Positions 1-13,358 of a stretch of DNA of 64,000 nucleotides are shown piece by piece. Positions within the stretch are counted from its first letter, which is position 1, and the number at the start of each line of letters is the position of its first letter. Under the pieces are notes generated by a model. That model was not told the origin of the DNA, ran no database searches, and worked only from the letters and a program-made list of their open reading frames with translations. Location of the stretch: NCBI RefSeq assembly GCF_001194135.2, contig NC_068995.1, positions 58,091,576-58,155,575 on the forward strand, in the 5' to 3' direction. Source of the stretch: Octopus bimaculoides. Lineage: Eukaryota. The position numbers were made by a program, and so were the translations under genes.

Positions 1-67
1 TACAGGAAACAGGTGTAAGCCAAATTTGCTGTAATAAAGGCAAAATATGTAATGACCATTATTTACA

Positions 68-121
<54 letters not shown>

Positions 122-539
122 TATATTAGATATCTTCCGTCTCTCCATATATATATATAAACACACACACCAGTAAAGTGAACACTGAGTGACAAACAAA
201 ACAGTGAACTGACTAACAGTTGTTATGACAATATTTGAAAAGTAGATTTGATATCAACCAGCCTATGGATGTTTAGTAGAGTTTGCTCTGTTTCATATAT
301 TCAGACTAGACACTCGTCACTGAGTTAGTGTGACCTTATGACGCACTCACATCTAGATACTCGCCTAAATATCAAAAACTGAATCTAATATCTGTGGACC
401 CTGGTCCACCCTAAAATCCTGACATTAGCACTTGGTAATACATCGTATCTGGAAGATATGAGTAGATGTCTCCAAAACAAAACTTCTCAGCACCTCTATC
501 CTATTGTCCATTCCATCTGTTGGAGTTAACATTTTTTAC

Positions 540-1250
540 TCAAACTTCATTCTGCAAAGTGGTACCCCCTCGAGTGTAGATTCCACTCTGCAATGCTGTC
601 ACCTCACTTTGGATATCAGGGAGAAAGATTTCCAACTTGGTGCAAAACTCTCCCTCACTTTTTAAATGCATGTACTTTTGCCACTGCATTTCAAAGTTCT
701 CCAACCATTGAGTGAACACCACTTATAAAGTGGGGTTTACCCAGTGTACTAGGGATTAGAACAAAAACATGACTAGTTTCAAAGAAAAACAAATTAGTCA
801 CACTCCCTATGAATTAAGATTCCGACTTCAATCAGGGACTCCAAAAACAAACTTCTTCCACCTTGCCCAATTCATCTTGCAGACCCTGCCAAACACCAAC
901 AACTCTTCAACCATATCTCTAACTGCATCAAGGACATTTAACACACAACATCCATCCATCGAGTTTCTTGGTGGCATTGATGATCACATGCTCGTTACTA
1001 AACTGATGTTGTTGGAGCAGAGACCAAATCATTTACAATCCTCAGTTGCCAACATCAACACACCCCTGACAGTGGTCCTTGGAATAAACAACAGACATTC
1101 CAAACACCACTGATTACTTTTGCACCTCCAAAACCCTGCCTCAACCAAACTAATCATCTCTGCACCTAGTGTAACTGCCATACATCTACATACTATGCAA
1201 CATCCACCTCCTCAACTGAATGATCACATCTCTACCAATTTTATGCTAAC
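540..1250 (-). mobile_element. Highly decayed LINE (RTE-like) RT remnant
   Basis: Minus-strand fragments resembling GDM...RV...W.RWKKF; no intact frame. Confidence 0.3.
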
Positions 1251-2577
1251 TTTTCCAGGTAATGCATCTTTTTAAACTGACCCATCAAAAAAAGCTTCGT
1301 AGGTGACTGAAATCACCCTCTTAGGCTTGTCCCTCCTCATTCCCAAATTTCTAAATCAGAATAAGTCCCTAGAGAGGGGTACTGAAAATTTGGATAAGGA
1401 AGAGGCTAGCACTAGCTGCATTGTTTGTGAATAATGAAAATGGTACAGTCAGAGCATATTTCGCTTTGTTGATTTCAAGCAAGTGGAAGGAGATACTCTT
1501 GCACATGGCATCTAGGACTTCCACCAACCTCTGACCCACAGACATGCTACTTCATGGCTTGTTCTTCTGCTACTACCGATGCCTCAGCTCCTCAAGTGTG
1601 ATTGGTCTTATTTCATCAACACGCAAGTACTCGTAACTCATCTTTATTTATCTTGTTATCCATATTGTGTCCAGTGAAAATAAGTGGTGTAGTGGTTAGA
1701 GTGTCATATTCACAATCGCCAGATCATGGTTTCAATTCCTTGAGAGGGTGGTGCATGGTATGCTTCATCAAAACACTTCATTTTAAATTGCTCCTGTCCA
1801 TTCAATTGTAAATGAGTAACCCTGCAACAGACTGGCAACTTATTCCAATATAATGTTATCTTGGTCAGTTTACTCTATGGAAACCAGTAACCAATCGACC
1901 TTATTACAAGCCATAGAAATTTAGATGGTAATGACCAGAGGTATTGTTTCTACCTCAACCATCAGGCCCAACACAAACCATACTGCATTGTCTTTCCTTT
2001 TCTAAGAAAAACAATGGAACTCTACTCTCCAGCTGTCAACTTGCAACAAATCAAATGGAATGTGAACGCCAACAGTATTAGAAGGTCTGCAAAAATTATT
2101 GGCACAACTCCTCCTTCCAGACCAAATGAGTTAAAAAAGAAAAGAAAAACATTTTCCTTTTACACACACTACATTATGACATTTTCAGAGTGAACAATTT
2201 TGGTCAGGGAAGAATGCAAGGAAAGAAACTCAGAATGTGTTAAGAGGAGATGAACTCTAGAGCTAAATGAAAAGTTTGTTGCAGTATTTATGAGAAAGGA
2301 AGAAACTAAGTCAAAGTTGAAACAGCTTGACAAATTCGATGAGATGGAGGGGAATGCGTATATCAGTAAGATTCAGTGCACTAAAAGGAGAATAAATCTA
2401 CGTGAGAAAGTATATAAGAACAGCCCTTTACTGAAGAGTTATTGCTTAGACTACAGGCCAGCCTAAATCAAGGCAAATCTACACAATTGAAGTTGTTCCA
2501 CTCGGAACTATCCAGTCTTTTGATATAAGGTGACACATTGGGAGAATCGTTAAGCACGTCAGACAAAATGAAAACGC

Positions 2578-2962
2578 GTGCATATATATATATATACATT
2601 TATGTATATACATATATATATATGTGTGTATATATATACATACATATATATATGTGTATATATATATATATACATATATATATATGTGTGTATATATATA
2701 CATACATATATATATGTGTATATATATACATACATATATATGTGTATGTATATATATATACATATATATATATGTGTATGTATATATATATACATATATA
2801 TATATATGTGTATGTATATATATATATACATATATATATATATGTGTGTGTATGTATATATATATATGTGTGTGTATGTATATATATATATATATATACA
2901 TGTGTATGTATATATATATATATACATATATGTGTGTATATATATATATATATATGTGTATG

Positions 2963-2993
<31 letters not shown>

Positions 2994-3072
2994 ATATATT
3001 TATATTTGTATATATACATATGTGTATATATATATGTATATATACATATATATGTGTGTATATATACATACA
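2578..3072. repeat. Compound (AT)n/(GT)n microsatellite
   Basis: Directly visible; source of the many YI-repeat ORFs. Confidence 0.98.
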
Positions 3073-3073
3073 T

Positions 3074-4260
3074 ATCGTCGTTTAACGTCCGCTTTCCATG
3101 CTAGCATGGGTTGGACGATTTGACTGAGGACTGGTGGAACCCAAAGGCTACACCAGGCTCCAATCTGGTTTGGCAGAGTTTCTACAGCTGGATGCCCTTC
3201 CTAACGCCAACCACTCCGAGAGTGTAGTAGGTGCTTTTACGTGTCACCCGCACGAAGGCCAGCCAGGCGATACTGGCAACGGCCATGCTCAAAATGGTGT
3301 ATTTTATGTGCCACCCACACAAAAACCAGCGATCTCGCTCAAAAGTCCTTACACATGCTGCAGGCACAAGTGCCAGAAAGGCAACGCTGGGAACAGGTGC
3401 CATCACAATTTCGCTTGCCCCAACAGGTCTTCGCAAGCTGAGTTTCGTGTCCAATGAAGGAGACGATGTTGGCATGGATGCCAGTCGTCGAATCTAGTTC
3501 GAGTTCGATTTCACTTGCCTCAACAGGTCTTCGCAAGCAGAGTTTAGTGTCCAATGAAGGAAAGGTACGCATAAGTGGGCTGGCTACACCGCTGGCAGAG
3601 GCCTTGGATTTAGGTCTCACTTGGCTTGCCAAGTCTTCTCACACACAGCATATTTCCAAAGGTCTCGGTCAGAAGTCATCGCCTCGGTGAGGCCCAATGT
3701 TCACCACCTCATCCCAGGTCTTCCTGGGCCTACCTCTTCCACTGGTTCCTTCCACTGCTAGGGTGTGGCACTTTTTCACACAACTATCTCGTCCATTCTC
3801 GCCACATGACCATACCAAAGCAATCGTCTCTCTTGCACACCACAACTGATGCTTCTTAGGTTCAACTTTTCTCTCAAGGCATTTACACTGTCTAGTATGA
3901 ACACTTACATTACACATCCAGCGGAGCATACTGGCTTCATCCCTTGCGAGCCTACGCATGTCTTCGGCAGTCACGGCCCATGTTTCACTGCCATGAAGCA
4001 TGGCTGTTCGTACACATGCATCATACAGTCTGCCTTTTACTCTGAGCGAGAGGCCCTTAGTCACCAGCAGAGGTAAAAGCTCTCGGAACTTTGCCCAGGC
4101 TATTCTTATTCTAGCAGCTACACTTTCAGCGCACCCTCCCCCACCACTAACTTGGTCACCTAGATATCGGAAGCTATCANNNNNNNNNNCCTCCCCCACC
4201 ACTAACTTGGTCACCTAGATATCGGAAGCTATCAACCACTTCTAGTTTTTCTCCCTGGAA
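3074..4260 (-). mobile_element. 5'-truncated RTE-clade LINE (RT C-terminus, 3' UTR and (GAT)n tail)
   Basis: ORF 3669-4214 has FRYLGDQVSGGGG...RIRIAWAKFRELLPLL...GRGRPRKTWDEVV; 3' end ...aacccatgctagcatggaaagcggacgttaaacgacgat is shared with other copies. Confidence 0.9.
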
Positions 4261-4327
4261 TGTGGCAGAAGTTTTTTTCTGCACATTTACATATATAGTA
4301 AATATACATCTGCTATATATTTACATA

Positions 4328-4371
<44 letters not shown>

Positions 4372-4525
4372 NNNNNNNNNNACATACATATACTTATATA
4401 TATATACACATATATATACTTAAATATATATCTTTATATATATACATATATATAAACACACACATATATATTTACATATATACATACATATATATATTTA
4501 CATATATACATACACATATTTACAT

Positions 4526-4558
<33 letters not shown>

Positions 4559-5624
4559 NNNNNNNNNNGATAAGCGGTAAATGTCGAAAAGAGGCACGAA
4601 AAATTAACTACTCTGAAGATTCTATCAGAAATATCTCCTGGGCTCTGTGTGCCGTCGGTTCCTCCGACAAATGCGCCTCTTTTTTTCTGCGTTTACGTTT
4701 AGACCAACTCTGAGCTGAACAAATAATTGATCAAAAGCGTTCCTGTTGTGACCGTCTCATCGTTTTGTATAACTGCCCAATAGCCTTCCTTTTAAAAGAC
4801 AGCTGGGTGTGATTTGGGGCACTTTCATCTATTACTTCTACCGGGTTTGAAGATCCATCGTTAGGTCGTCATTAAATGTTATAATAACCTTCCCGCCATG
4901 GCCATCTCGTTTTTATTTTCTGGTATCTAAGACGACATTATCTGAACCATTGCTTCTAGTTCAAGATACTAGTGCATCATTTTAAGAATATATAAACTGC
5001 TATTTCTCAATGACTCAAGCAACCCCACCATGGTTAGTTCCTCAACAACTGTAATAGAGTTAGACCCCGAGTTTAAATCATGTGTAAGCCACAAATTCCG
5101 ATCATTTCACTTTCTTTACGTATTAAAACTCCTAAACTATTTTAGAAGAAAGTAAAGACTATCAAATCAAATATAAATATACATAAGGCATAACTACAGA
5201 AATGGGCCCCTCACAACTTTGCTTCCTAATAACTTTCTGAAAAATGAATGTTTCTAAATGAAATTTACTTATAAATACATTTCAATAGTGCAAATTACGA
5301 TTATACCAGAATTTAAAGTGAATATAACAAAAAATGTGGAACAGACATCAAAAATTGGGGGTGGGGTTCAGCATAATCGTAATCTCCATTAAAACATATG
5401 GGGACACAAAGTCGAAACGTGGAATATTCGAAACTCCTCTCAGCCACCCCTGCTTCGAGAAAAATCTCAACAAATTCCGATGCAATAGTAATTTACACAA
5501 TCTGAGACATATTTGTTGAAAATTTCATTTAAAAATGTCAATTCAGAAAGTTATGAGGAAACAAATTCAGGGTTAGTAAGCAGTTGTGTAGTAATGCCTC
5601 TATCTCACTTTCTACATACATACA

Positions 5625-5682
<58 letters not shown>

Positions 5683-6056
5683 GTTAAGGGAAGAATCGAA
5701 TGTATTTCGTTGTATGTCAGTGATGATTGCTGTTGTTGTTTCAGCCCCAAATATTCTGGAGACGACAAATCAAAAGCATTTCAAACATGATCATGCTGTT
5801 TTTTGTTATTAAATTTTTTTCCCAAGCTTTGTGTACCTGTACCATGGACTTCATATATATCCAATGTGGTCTTCCTTCTTTTTCACAAAACTGTAGCACC
5901 ATTTGAAAGATTTAGGTGCTATTTTTAGTAGCTCGAGCGACCATGTAAAGGCTTCCCTGGGTTATATTGGGCTGGTTTGACAAGACTAAGGAGGCAATAA
6001 AAGTTCGTACACCATATATACATATATATACACATATATATATATATATTATTTGT

Positions 6057-6109
<53 letters not shown>

Positions 6110-6654
6110 NNNNNNNNNNNNNNNNNNNNNNNNNNNNNNNNNNNNNNNNNNNNNNNNNNNNNNNNNNNNNNNNNNNNNNNNNNNNNNNNNNNNNNNNNNN
6201 NNNNNNNNNNNNNNNNNNNNNNNNNNNNNNNNNNNNNNNNNNNNNNNNNNNNNNNNNNNNNNNNNNNNNNNNNNNNNNNNNNNNNNNNNNNNNNNNNNNN
6301 NNNNNNNNNNNNNNNNNNNNNNNNNNNNNNNNNNNNNNNNNNNNNNNNNNNNNNNNNNNNNNNNNNNNNNNNNNNNNNNNNNNNNNNNNNNNNNNNNNNN
6401 NNNNNNNNNNNNNNNNNNNNNNNNNNNNNNNNNNNNNNNNNNNNNNNNNNNNNNNNNNNNNNNNNNNNNNNNNNNNNNNNNNNNNNNNNNNNNNNNNNNN
6501 NNNNNNNNNNNNNNNNNNNNNNNNNNNNNNNNNNNNNNNNNNNNNNNNNNNNNNNNNNNNNNNNNNNNNNNNNNNNNNNNNNNNNNNNNNNNNNNNNNNN
6601 NNNNNNNNNNNNNNNNNNNNNNNNNNNNNNNNNNNNNNNNNNNNNNNNNNNNNN

Positions 6655-6734
<80 letters not shown>

Positions 6735-7659
6735 TAGCGTGTGTGATATTAATTTGACGAGGCCATGCGGCCGCATTTTAAGAGGAGACGGAGAATATGT
6801 AATCCCTCCGTTAAAGTACGTGTAACTATAATATATAAACAGATATAGATGACATGTACTTTGCGAATAATATATATATATGTGTGTGTGTGTATGAAAT
6901 AGTGAGAGATGAGGTAATTGAGTAAAAGTGAGAGAAACGGGAAGGTGAGAAAAACAACCCCGACCAAAAAAAAAAAAAATTGTGTAATGAATAAATAAAA
7001 TAGCCATAATGAGTTTTAATGATAATAAATAAATAATCGTCCTTGTTTCTAAACGGTATTTATTTTGTCTGGTTGTGGTCGGTTGGTGGTGATCATCCTT
7101 CTCTCTCTCTCTCTCTCTGCGCGTCTGCCCTCTTTCAATAGAAACAGACATGTGTAATGTACATTTCTACACACACACGTATATATAGATATATATATAT
7201 ATATACTTGGTATATAATATATATATGTATGTATGTATATATATATTTATGTATGTTGGTTTAGCACATGACCTTGCTGGTTGAACAATGGTAAAAAAAG
7301 AGTCAGTTAAAAGCTTTCCAAGCGCCGCCCGATCCCCAAACAACCGAAACACGACAGAACGACTTGCAAAGATGAGCGCTGCTTCCTTTGCTTTGTTCGA
7401 TGATGATGATGGTTGTGGGGTTTTTTTCCTTTTTTTCAGTTTTATGGGTTTTGTTTTGCTTTTTTTTTGGAGGGGGGGATCGGGTTGGGGTTATTTTTGT
7501 TGTTACTTTGTTTCTTGACAAACCATTAAAAACCACCCCACTCAAGTACATAAAAAATTTCCAGCCCTTTTAGATTTCTTTTTCCCCCCTTTTTTCTCTC
7601 AGCCCTCTCAACCCGAACTTTTACCCCCCTTACGAATTTTATCAGCAAAATAATATTCA

Positions 7660-8940
7660 GAAAACACTCACCGTCATGTAACGTGCCAATGACCTGCGGG
7701 GTTTACAAGTAATTTTCCACGGACCGCCTTGACCTTTGACACGAAGAAGAAGGGGAGAGAGAGAAAAGAGCTAGACGAGCGGGAGGGAGGGAGTTTGTTT
7801 GGTGAAGGAGGTGGGGAGGAGGAGGAGGGAAGAGTGTGTCTAAGTGAGAAAGATAGTGGGAGAGATATACGGAATCATAGATACAGAGAGAAGAAAAAAA
7901 TAGAAAGAAAGAAGAAAGAAAATAAAGAGGAAGGCTGGCAGGTAGGTAAAGAGTACTCGAAGAGAGTAGGAGTGTCGAGTTCGAATCAAGAAGAAAATGG
8001 TGAAGTGAACGAAGGGGAGATAACGATAATCAAAAGAGGTAGGGGTAGAGGAAGAGGTGATGAGAAGAGGAAGGTGGAGGGAGAAAATGTTTATGTCTGT
8101 GTAATGTAATGTTTAAGGAAAAAGAAGAAACAAAAGATGGCGGAAGGGAGGGAAGAGAGAAAATGAAACGAAGAGAATATCAAAAAAAAAAAAATTCAGT
8201 TGTAGAAAAATAATAAAACTCATATATTTGAAAAAATGCAGAAAATTTTAATAGAATTTTTGGGGGGATATTTGAGAGCAGGAAAATTCTGAACGATTCT
8301 AAATCTCACATTCCTAGACAAAATGACTTGCTTTAAAAAAAAAAAATAAGAGCAAAAGTGAAACAATAAAATTGCATAATTTCTTTTTTTTAAATTACGC
8401 GTTCTCAATCTACGGGAAACAGTTTAATTTTACTTATAAAAGAAATTACAGGTTCTAGGTCTCGAAAAGCTTTACCTAAAATGACATCAAAACACGCAAA
8501 GAAAGAAAGGGAGGAATTGGGNNNNNNNNNNTGGCGTTTAGCAGAGCAAGGAAGTGGCGCGATGTACGATATATATAAAGCTCGCTTGTTTTATGGTCGT
8601 CACTGAACTGTATATAAATTACGTAAGTGCTTTGTAAAAGTTAGAAATTCTTTTTTATTTAAACTATTATTTATATTTTTATTATTTTTCTATGAAAATT
8701 ACGAAATGAATTAATTTCTCAAACTTGAAGCCTGAAAGAAAAACCTATCGATCGTGTCAGGATTTGATTCTGGGCAAGCAACGTTTTACAACTTCTACAC
8801 ATTCCGCTGACGTCAGTAAAGAGAGATGTGTGTGTCACAGTGTTGAAAATAAGAGACGAATAAGTGTAGGGGGCGGAGGAGAAGAAGAAGAACAGGCAGG
8901 GGCACGTGACTCCGTTCTGCTGCAATTGTCACGTGACGCT
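7660..8940. promoter_or_regulatory. Putative bidirectional housekeeping-type promoter region
   Basis: Locally CpG-rich. YY1-like AAGATGGCGG at 8134-8143, ETS-like GGAAG(T) motifs, CRE TGACGTCA at 8808-8815, E-boxes CACGTGAC at 8903-8910 and GTCACGTGAC at 8928-8937. Plus-strand donor GTAAGT at 8623 and minus-strand donor GTGAGT at 7671. Confidence 0.55.
7672..7750 (-). other. Putative first exon of an unidentified minus-strand gene (ATG ACG then GTGAGT donor)
   Basis: Minus strand reads ...cacgttacATGACG|GTGAGTgttttctg in CpG-rich sequence; the 5' boundary is unknown. Confidence 0.4.
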
Positions 8941-9114
8941 CTTTTCCCTGTCCCGAAGACGTTGAGAAGAAAAGAAGCCTCGACTTGTCAGTTTCTTCCT
9001 CACTTTCACGTCCATTTCGTTTCGATGTTTGAATCGTTCTCACTCTCGACATATTCATAAGTGATGAATATACTATATAAGACTACTGATTGAATGTTTT
9101 GATGAACGTCTGGT

Positions 9115-9460
9115 CTTGTTTTTGTTTCATTCATTTCAATGCCCCATGCTGGGGCAATTGCCTTGAAGGGTTTTAATCAAACGAAATTGCCCCAATTCTT
9201 TTTTTCATTTCAGCCGGGTAATTATGTCGGATCGCTAAATTACGGGGACGTAAACAAACCAACACCGGTTGCCACGCGGTGGAGGAGGACAAAGACACAC
9301 ACAAACACATAGAATTGGCCTCTTTCAGTTTCCATCTAACAAATTTACTCACAAGGAAGGTTTTGATCGACCCGAGTCTATCGTAGAAGCTGCCGGATAA
9401 TGGAACTGAACCCGGAACTATGTAGTTGGGCAGCAAACTTCTTACTACACGTCTACGCTT
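9115..9460 (-). mobile_element. tRNA-headed SINE (family with many copies in the window)
   Basis: Minus-strand head with A-box-like tgtagtaag and B-box-like gggttcagttcc. Body is shared with copies near 11460-11810, 11945-12120, 24310-24640, 38341-38990, 39620-39890 and 55592-55815. Confidence 0.8.
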
Positions 9461-12329
9461 TATTATCCTCTTTTTACAGCTCGATGACAACGTATAAAAA
9501 AATGCCAACTCATTTGTAATATTTTCAAATGTGTGGCGAACAAATTTTCTTTCTTTTTCTGATATTTACGGACTCATGATTTGTTTCGTTGTCATTCACC
9601 TAACTGGCGTATTTGTGTGAATTGCATGCAAGAAATTTAATACAAAAGTATCTAAGTTGGTAACGTAACTTAAATGTTACAACATTTATGCAGATAAAAT
9701 ATAATTGAATCGAATTATATTCGAAATTACACAGTACTCGAATAAACAATGGTAATTACAAGAGGTCGTCTTCGCAGTAGCTCGATCAACAGAAAATAAC
9801 GTAATGTACTTATAAATCGTATTCTACACCGGAGAGAGAAAAAAAGAAACAAGATGGGATGGTCATGGCTGGATCGCTTTTGATCATAGTTCTACTTGAT
9901 CTGAGAATTTACCTGCGGCTAACTGCAACAAATCTAAATCTACATATAGGATGATGAGAGAGAATGCGTCGTTCTTTTATAAGAGAGGAAAACGACACTT
10001 CATTACATTTAAATAAAAGACACGAATCCAAATAGCCAGTCTTCGGCTATGATGTTAATTGCCCATATTAATGATGATTTCGGTCATTTTTTGCTCCATC
10101 ACTAATTAGTACGAGTGTATAATGACGTACTTAATTATATTGACCTAGACTCCGGCCAGATGTGATCTCAAGTTGGTTTGGAATAGTAAATATTTAATTG
10201 ATACTAATTAATCAAAGTAATTATTATATTCTTGTTTGACGCAATAGCCCTAGGTCATGTTCTAAGGACGTCCTTGTCATGACCATACCATTATTTTGAT
10301 TAATCAGGGACTTACATTGTCTAATTGTAATATATAGCTTTTCTTTCCTTTTACTATTTAAGGGGCCAAGGTAAGATTTAACTGCTACTTCTAGATTTTG
10401 AGCGACAACAAAGAGGGAGATCATAACTAGACTTGTGGCCCCTAGCCTACTGTCCAGTTTCCCCATGCCTTTTTCCCTACTGTTTAACGCAGCCCTGATC
10501 GAACAGAACTATGATCAGAGGTGTTCTGGATACGTTCCAGTTATGACCATCTCGCCTTTTTGTCTATCAAGGACTACATTTTTTTTTTCAACGTATAAAA
10601 CTTGAAGATAATCGTTATATTTTATTATCATATTTGGATCGTTTTTAAAATCCTTCCAGTCACTTAATGTATTTCAAATTTTTACCAGATTTCTTCAAAT
10701 ACTGATAAAGAAAATCGCATTCGGCTTTTTTATTTGTTTTGTTTTGTTTTGTAGTATTTAAAAGTGGTTGGAAGACTTTAAAAAAAGATTCTCATATTTT
10801 ATTTAAGAGGTAGGGTGTGATTTGAGGACGGTCTGGCTACTACTTTACCAAGTCTAGTGATTACGTTGACTGGTTATATTTGACCTTGTGGTGGTGAGGA
10901 GGCCTCTATGTCTGTGTCTGTCCCCGCCACCACAGCTTGACCAACTGGTGTTGATTTGTTTACGTCTCTTTAATTTAGCAAAAGTACCAGGGTTTGATAA
11001 AATTAGTACTGAGGACGAATTGTTCGACTCAAACCTTCAAAGCAGTGTGCCCCAGCATGGTCACAGTCAAATGACTGAAACAAGTAAAAGAAGCTGTTAG
11101 GTGTGTTGTCAGACCTCGGAATTTCTTCAACAATATCTCTGTCCTACTTTCTCTCTCTCACTCTAATATACTAAAAACCAGTGAAAATTAAAGTGCCACC
11201 AACCTATCAGCTGTGTACGTGTATTTCTCGAAAGCGTTACGTTTATTTTACGGTATGTTATTTTTCTCGACACGTGTAATGAAAACAAATTAAAACTATT
11301 ACTAGCTAGCAGTAAAATAAAGAACTTTCTAAATAAATACTTAAGGAAAACATCACAAGTTTTCCGATATAAGCATTGTATGAATAGTTACGGTTGGCAC
11401 GGATGGCTGATAACCTGAAATTTGGTGTTTAATGTCAACCCAGGAATCTTATCTTCTCTCTTTTACTTGTTTCAGTCATTTGAGAGCAGCCTTACTGGGG
11501 CACCACTTTGAAAGGATTTAGTCAAACAAATCAACCCCAGTGCTTTTTCTTTTTTTTTTTTTAAGTCTGGTACTTATTCTATTTGTCACTTGGGCCAAAA
11601 CTGCTAAGTTATAGGGACGTAAACACAAACACCGGTTGTCAAGCGCTGGTAGGAAACACACTGGGGCGAAACTGCAACAAATGAGAGATGACGAGCTTGT
11701 TCAGTTTCTGTCTACCAAATCCTCTTTGGTCAGCCTGAGGCTGTAGTAGAAGTGATTTGCCACGCAGTGTGACTGACCCCAGAAGCATGTGGTTGGGAAG
11801 CACCACCTTTTATTTTTTTATATAGACTCAGCTTGCCTTTCAGCCTTGCAAGGTCAAGAAGGAGGTATGAGGGTCGATGTAACTGACCAGAAAACTGAAG
11901 GCGGTGCACCAATACAGGATACACAGATAGATAGACAGACAGCTATTCTTTTTCTTGTTTCAGTTATTTGACCGCGGCCTTGCTGGAGCACCGCTTTAAA
12001 GGGTTTTTAGTCGCAGAAATCGACCCCAGGACATTCTTTGCAAGTTTAATACTTATTCTATCGGTCTATTTTGCCGAACCGCTACTTTACAGGGACGTAA
12101 ACACACCAACATTGGTCGTCCAATGCTAGATTGTTCTAGATCAAATTTTAAAATCATAATAATATCACATGCATAATTCAAATAGTTTGCCCGTTATGTC
12201 GTTCAGTAAGCAAATACATAGATAAATTAATAAGCAAACATAGAGAGAGGAAACAAAGAAAGCTTGTGCGTGTCATCACGCAAAATTTCGTACATACATA
12301 TGAGAGACAGTATATATGAATTAGGCGTA

Positions 12330-13110
12330 TAGACAAGGCCGGCTGCGAATTTTTTTTTTCCCACGAGAGTTCCGGACCCAAGTAATGAACTCATTTGCAT
12401 ACAGCCAATCAGAGCTCACTTTGAAAATCCACATGCTGTGTACTACTACAGTACAGCCAGTCATGCATAGAATGGTGTATGCCACTGAGTATAGTATAGC
12501 AGGTTTCACATAGGCACCACCATCCTTATAGATCAATTGAGCACCATCTGTATATGGAGCTAACATTAGGTGTGTTACTGCATGTACCCAAGGAGGGCGC
12601 AATATGACACAACGCCATATTGATTACAATGTTTTCAGATCAACCAACATTTTCAATTAGGAATGTACAAAATCAGTAAAAAAAATTACGAAACTACACT
12701 CATGTTCTCTAGTAAATTTCGCAAATTGGCAACACTTATGGCATCATCGGTGAGCAGCTCTCCATTCACTTAATATACTAAATTCCACATTTGTCACCCC
12801 TATTAACCCATTTAGAACAGATTTTGCTATAACACACATTTTCCACTGCACTCATCCAGAGTATTTTCATGATTAGGTAGACATTAGTTTGATAGTTGAG
12901 CTGTAATTGGCTGTATGCAAATGATTTCATAACTGGAGTCCTGGACTCTCGTGGGCTGGCTCAAGGTACCAGCAACTCGGGCAGTCGCCTGGAGCACCAT
13001 GTGCTAGGGGGTGCCAAGGAGGGCGTGACAAAGACAAAGAAATTTTCCACGACCGTCAGCTTGTACCCGCCGAAGCTTAGCATGTCTGGGGCGCCAACAA
13101 CCCTAGGGCC
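12330..13110. mobile_element. Non-autonomous element with ~60-bp internal inverted repeats and a hAT-Tip100-like right end
   Basis: 12360-12420 is the reverse complement of 12898-12955; right end ggggcgcc...tagggccggttctg resembles CAGGGCCGGC-type TIRs. Confidence 0.45.
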
Positions 13111-13160
13111 GGTTCTGCATTTAGATGTGCACGTATATACACACACGCATATACATACGC

Positions 13161-13216
<56 letters not shown>

Positions 13217-13242
13217 AATGAAAGATGGAATATATGAGAATT

Positions 13243-13358
13243 TATTAATCACGACAATTGTTTCGACACATCAAGCATCGATCCCTCATGGATGGTACAC
13301 TCAATAACTGGTTCAAGAGCATCCGGCGGTGCAGATGTATCTCGTCAGGTGATAAATA
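13243..13358 (-). ncRNA. Type I hammerhead ribozyme with intact core and 61-nt loop II
   Basis: Minus strand: tatt-t-atcac CTGACGA gatacatc [61 nt] gatgtgtc GAAAC aatt GTC gtgat-t-aata, followed by AATAAA. Confidence 0.8.

Noticed and set aside
2479-3123. Many long YI/IY ORFs
   Set aside because: Translations of (AT)n/(GT)n microsatellite.
4130-4235. Direct duplication across a 10-N gap (likewise 27905-28030)
   Set aside because: Identical sequence on both sides of a short gap is typical of unmerged contig overlap.
5330-5800. Possible exons of the minus-strand gene
   Set aside because: No consistent acceptor/donor/phase combination and no recognisable protein.
6754-6780. TTGACGA GGCC atgc GGCC, resembling an HHR core plus stem II
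   Set aside because: Followed by GCATT rather than GAAA, with no stems I or III.
5912-7151. Long ORFs with X runs (also at 53239-53896 and 59208-60110)
   Set aside because: They span N gaps and are artefacts.
7729-8109. 126-aa E/K/R-rich ORF
   Set aside because: Low-complexity purine tract in the promoter region with no family motif.
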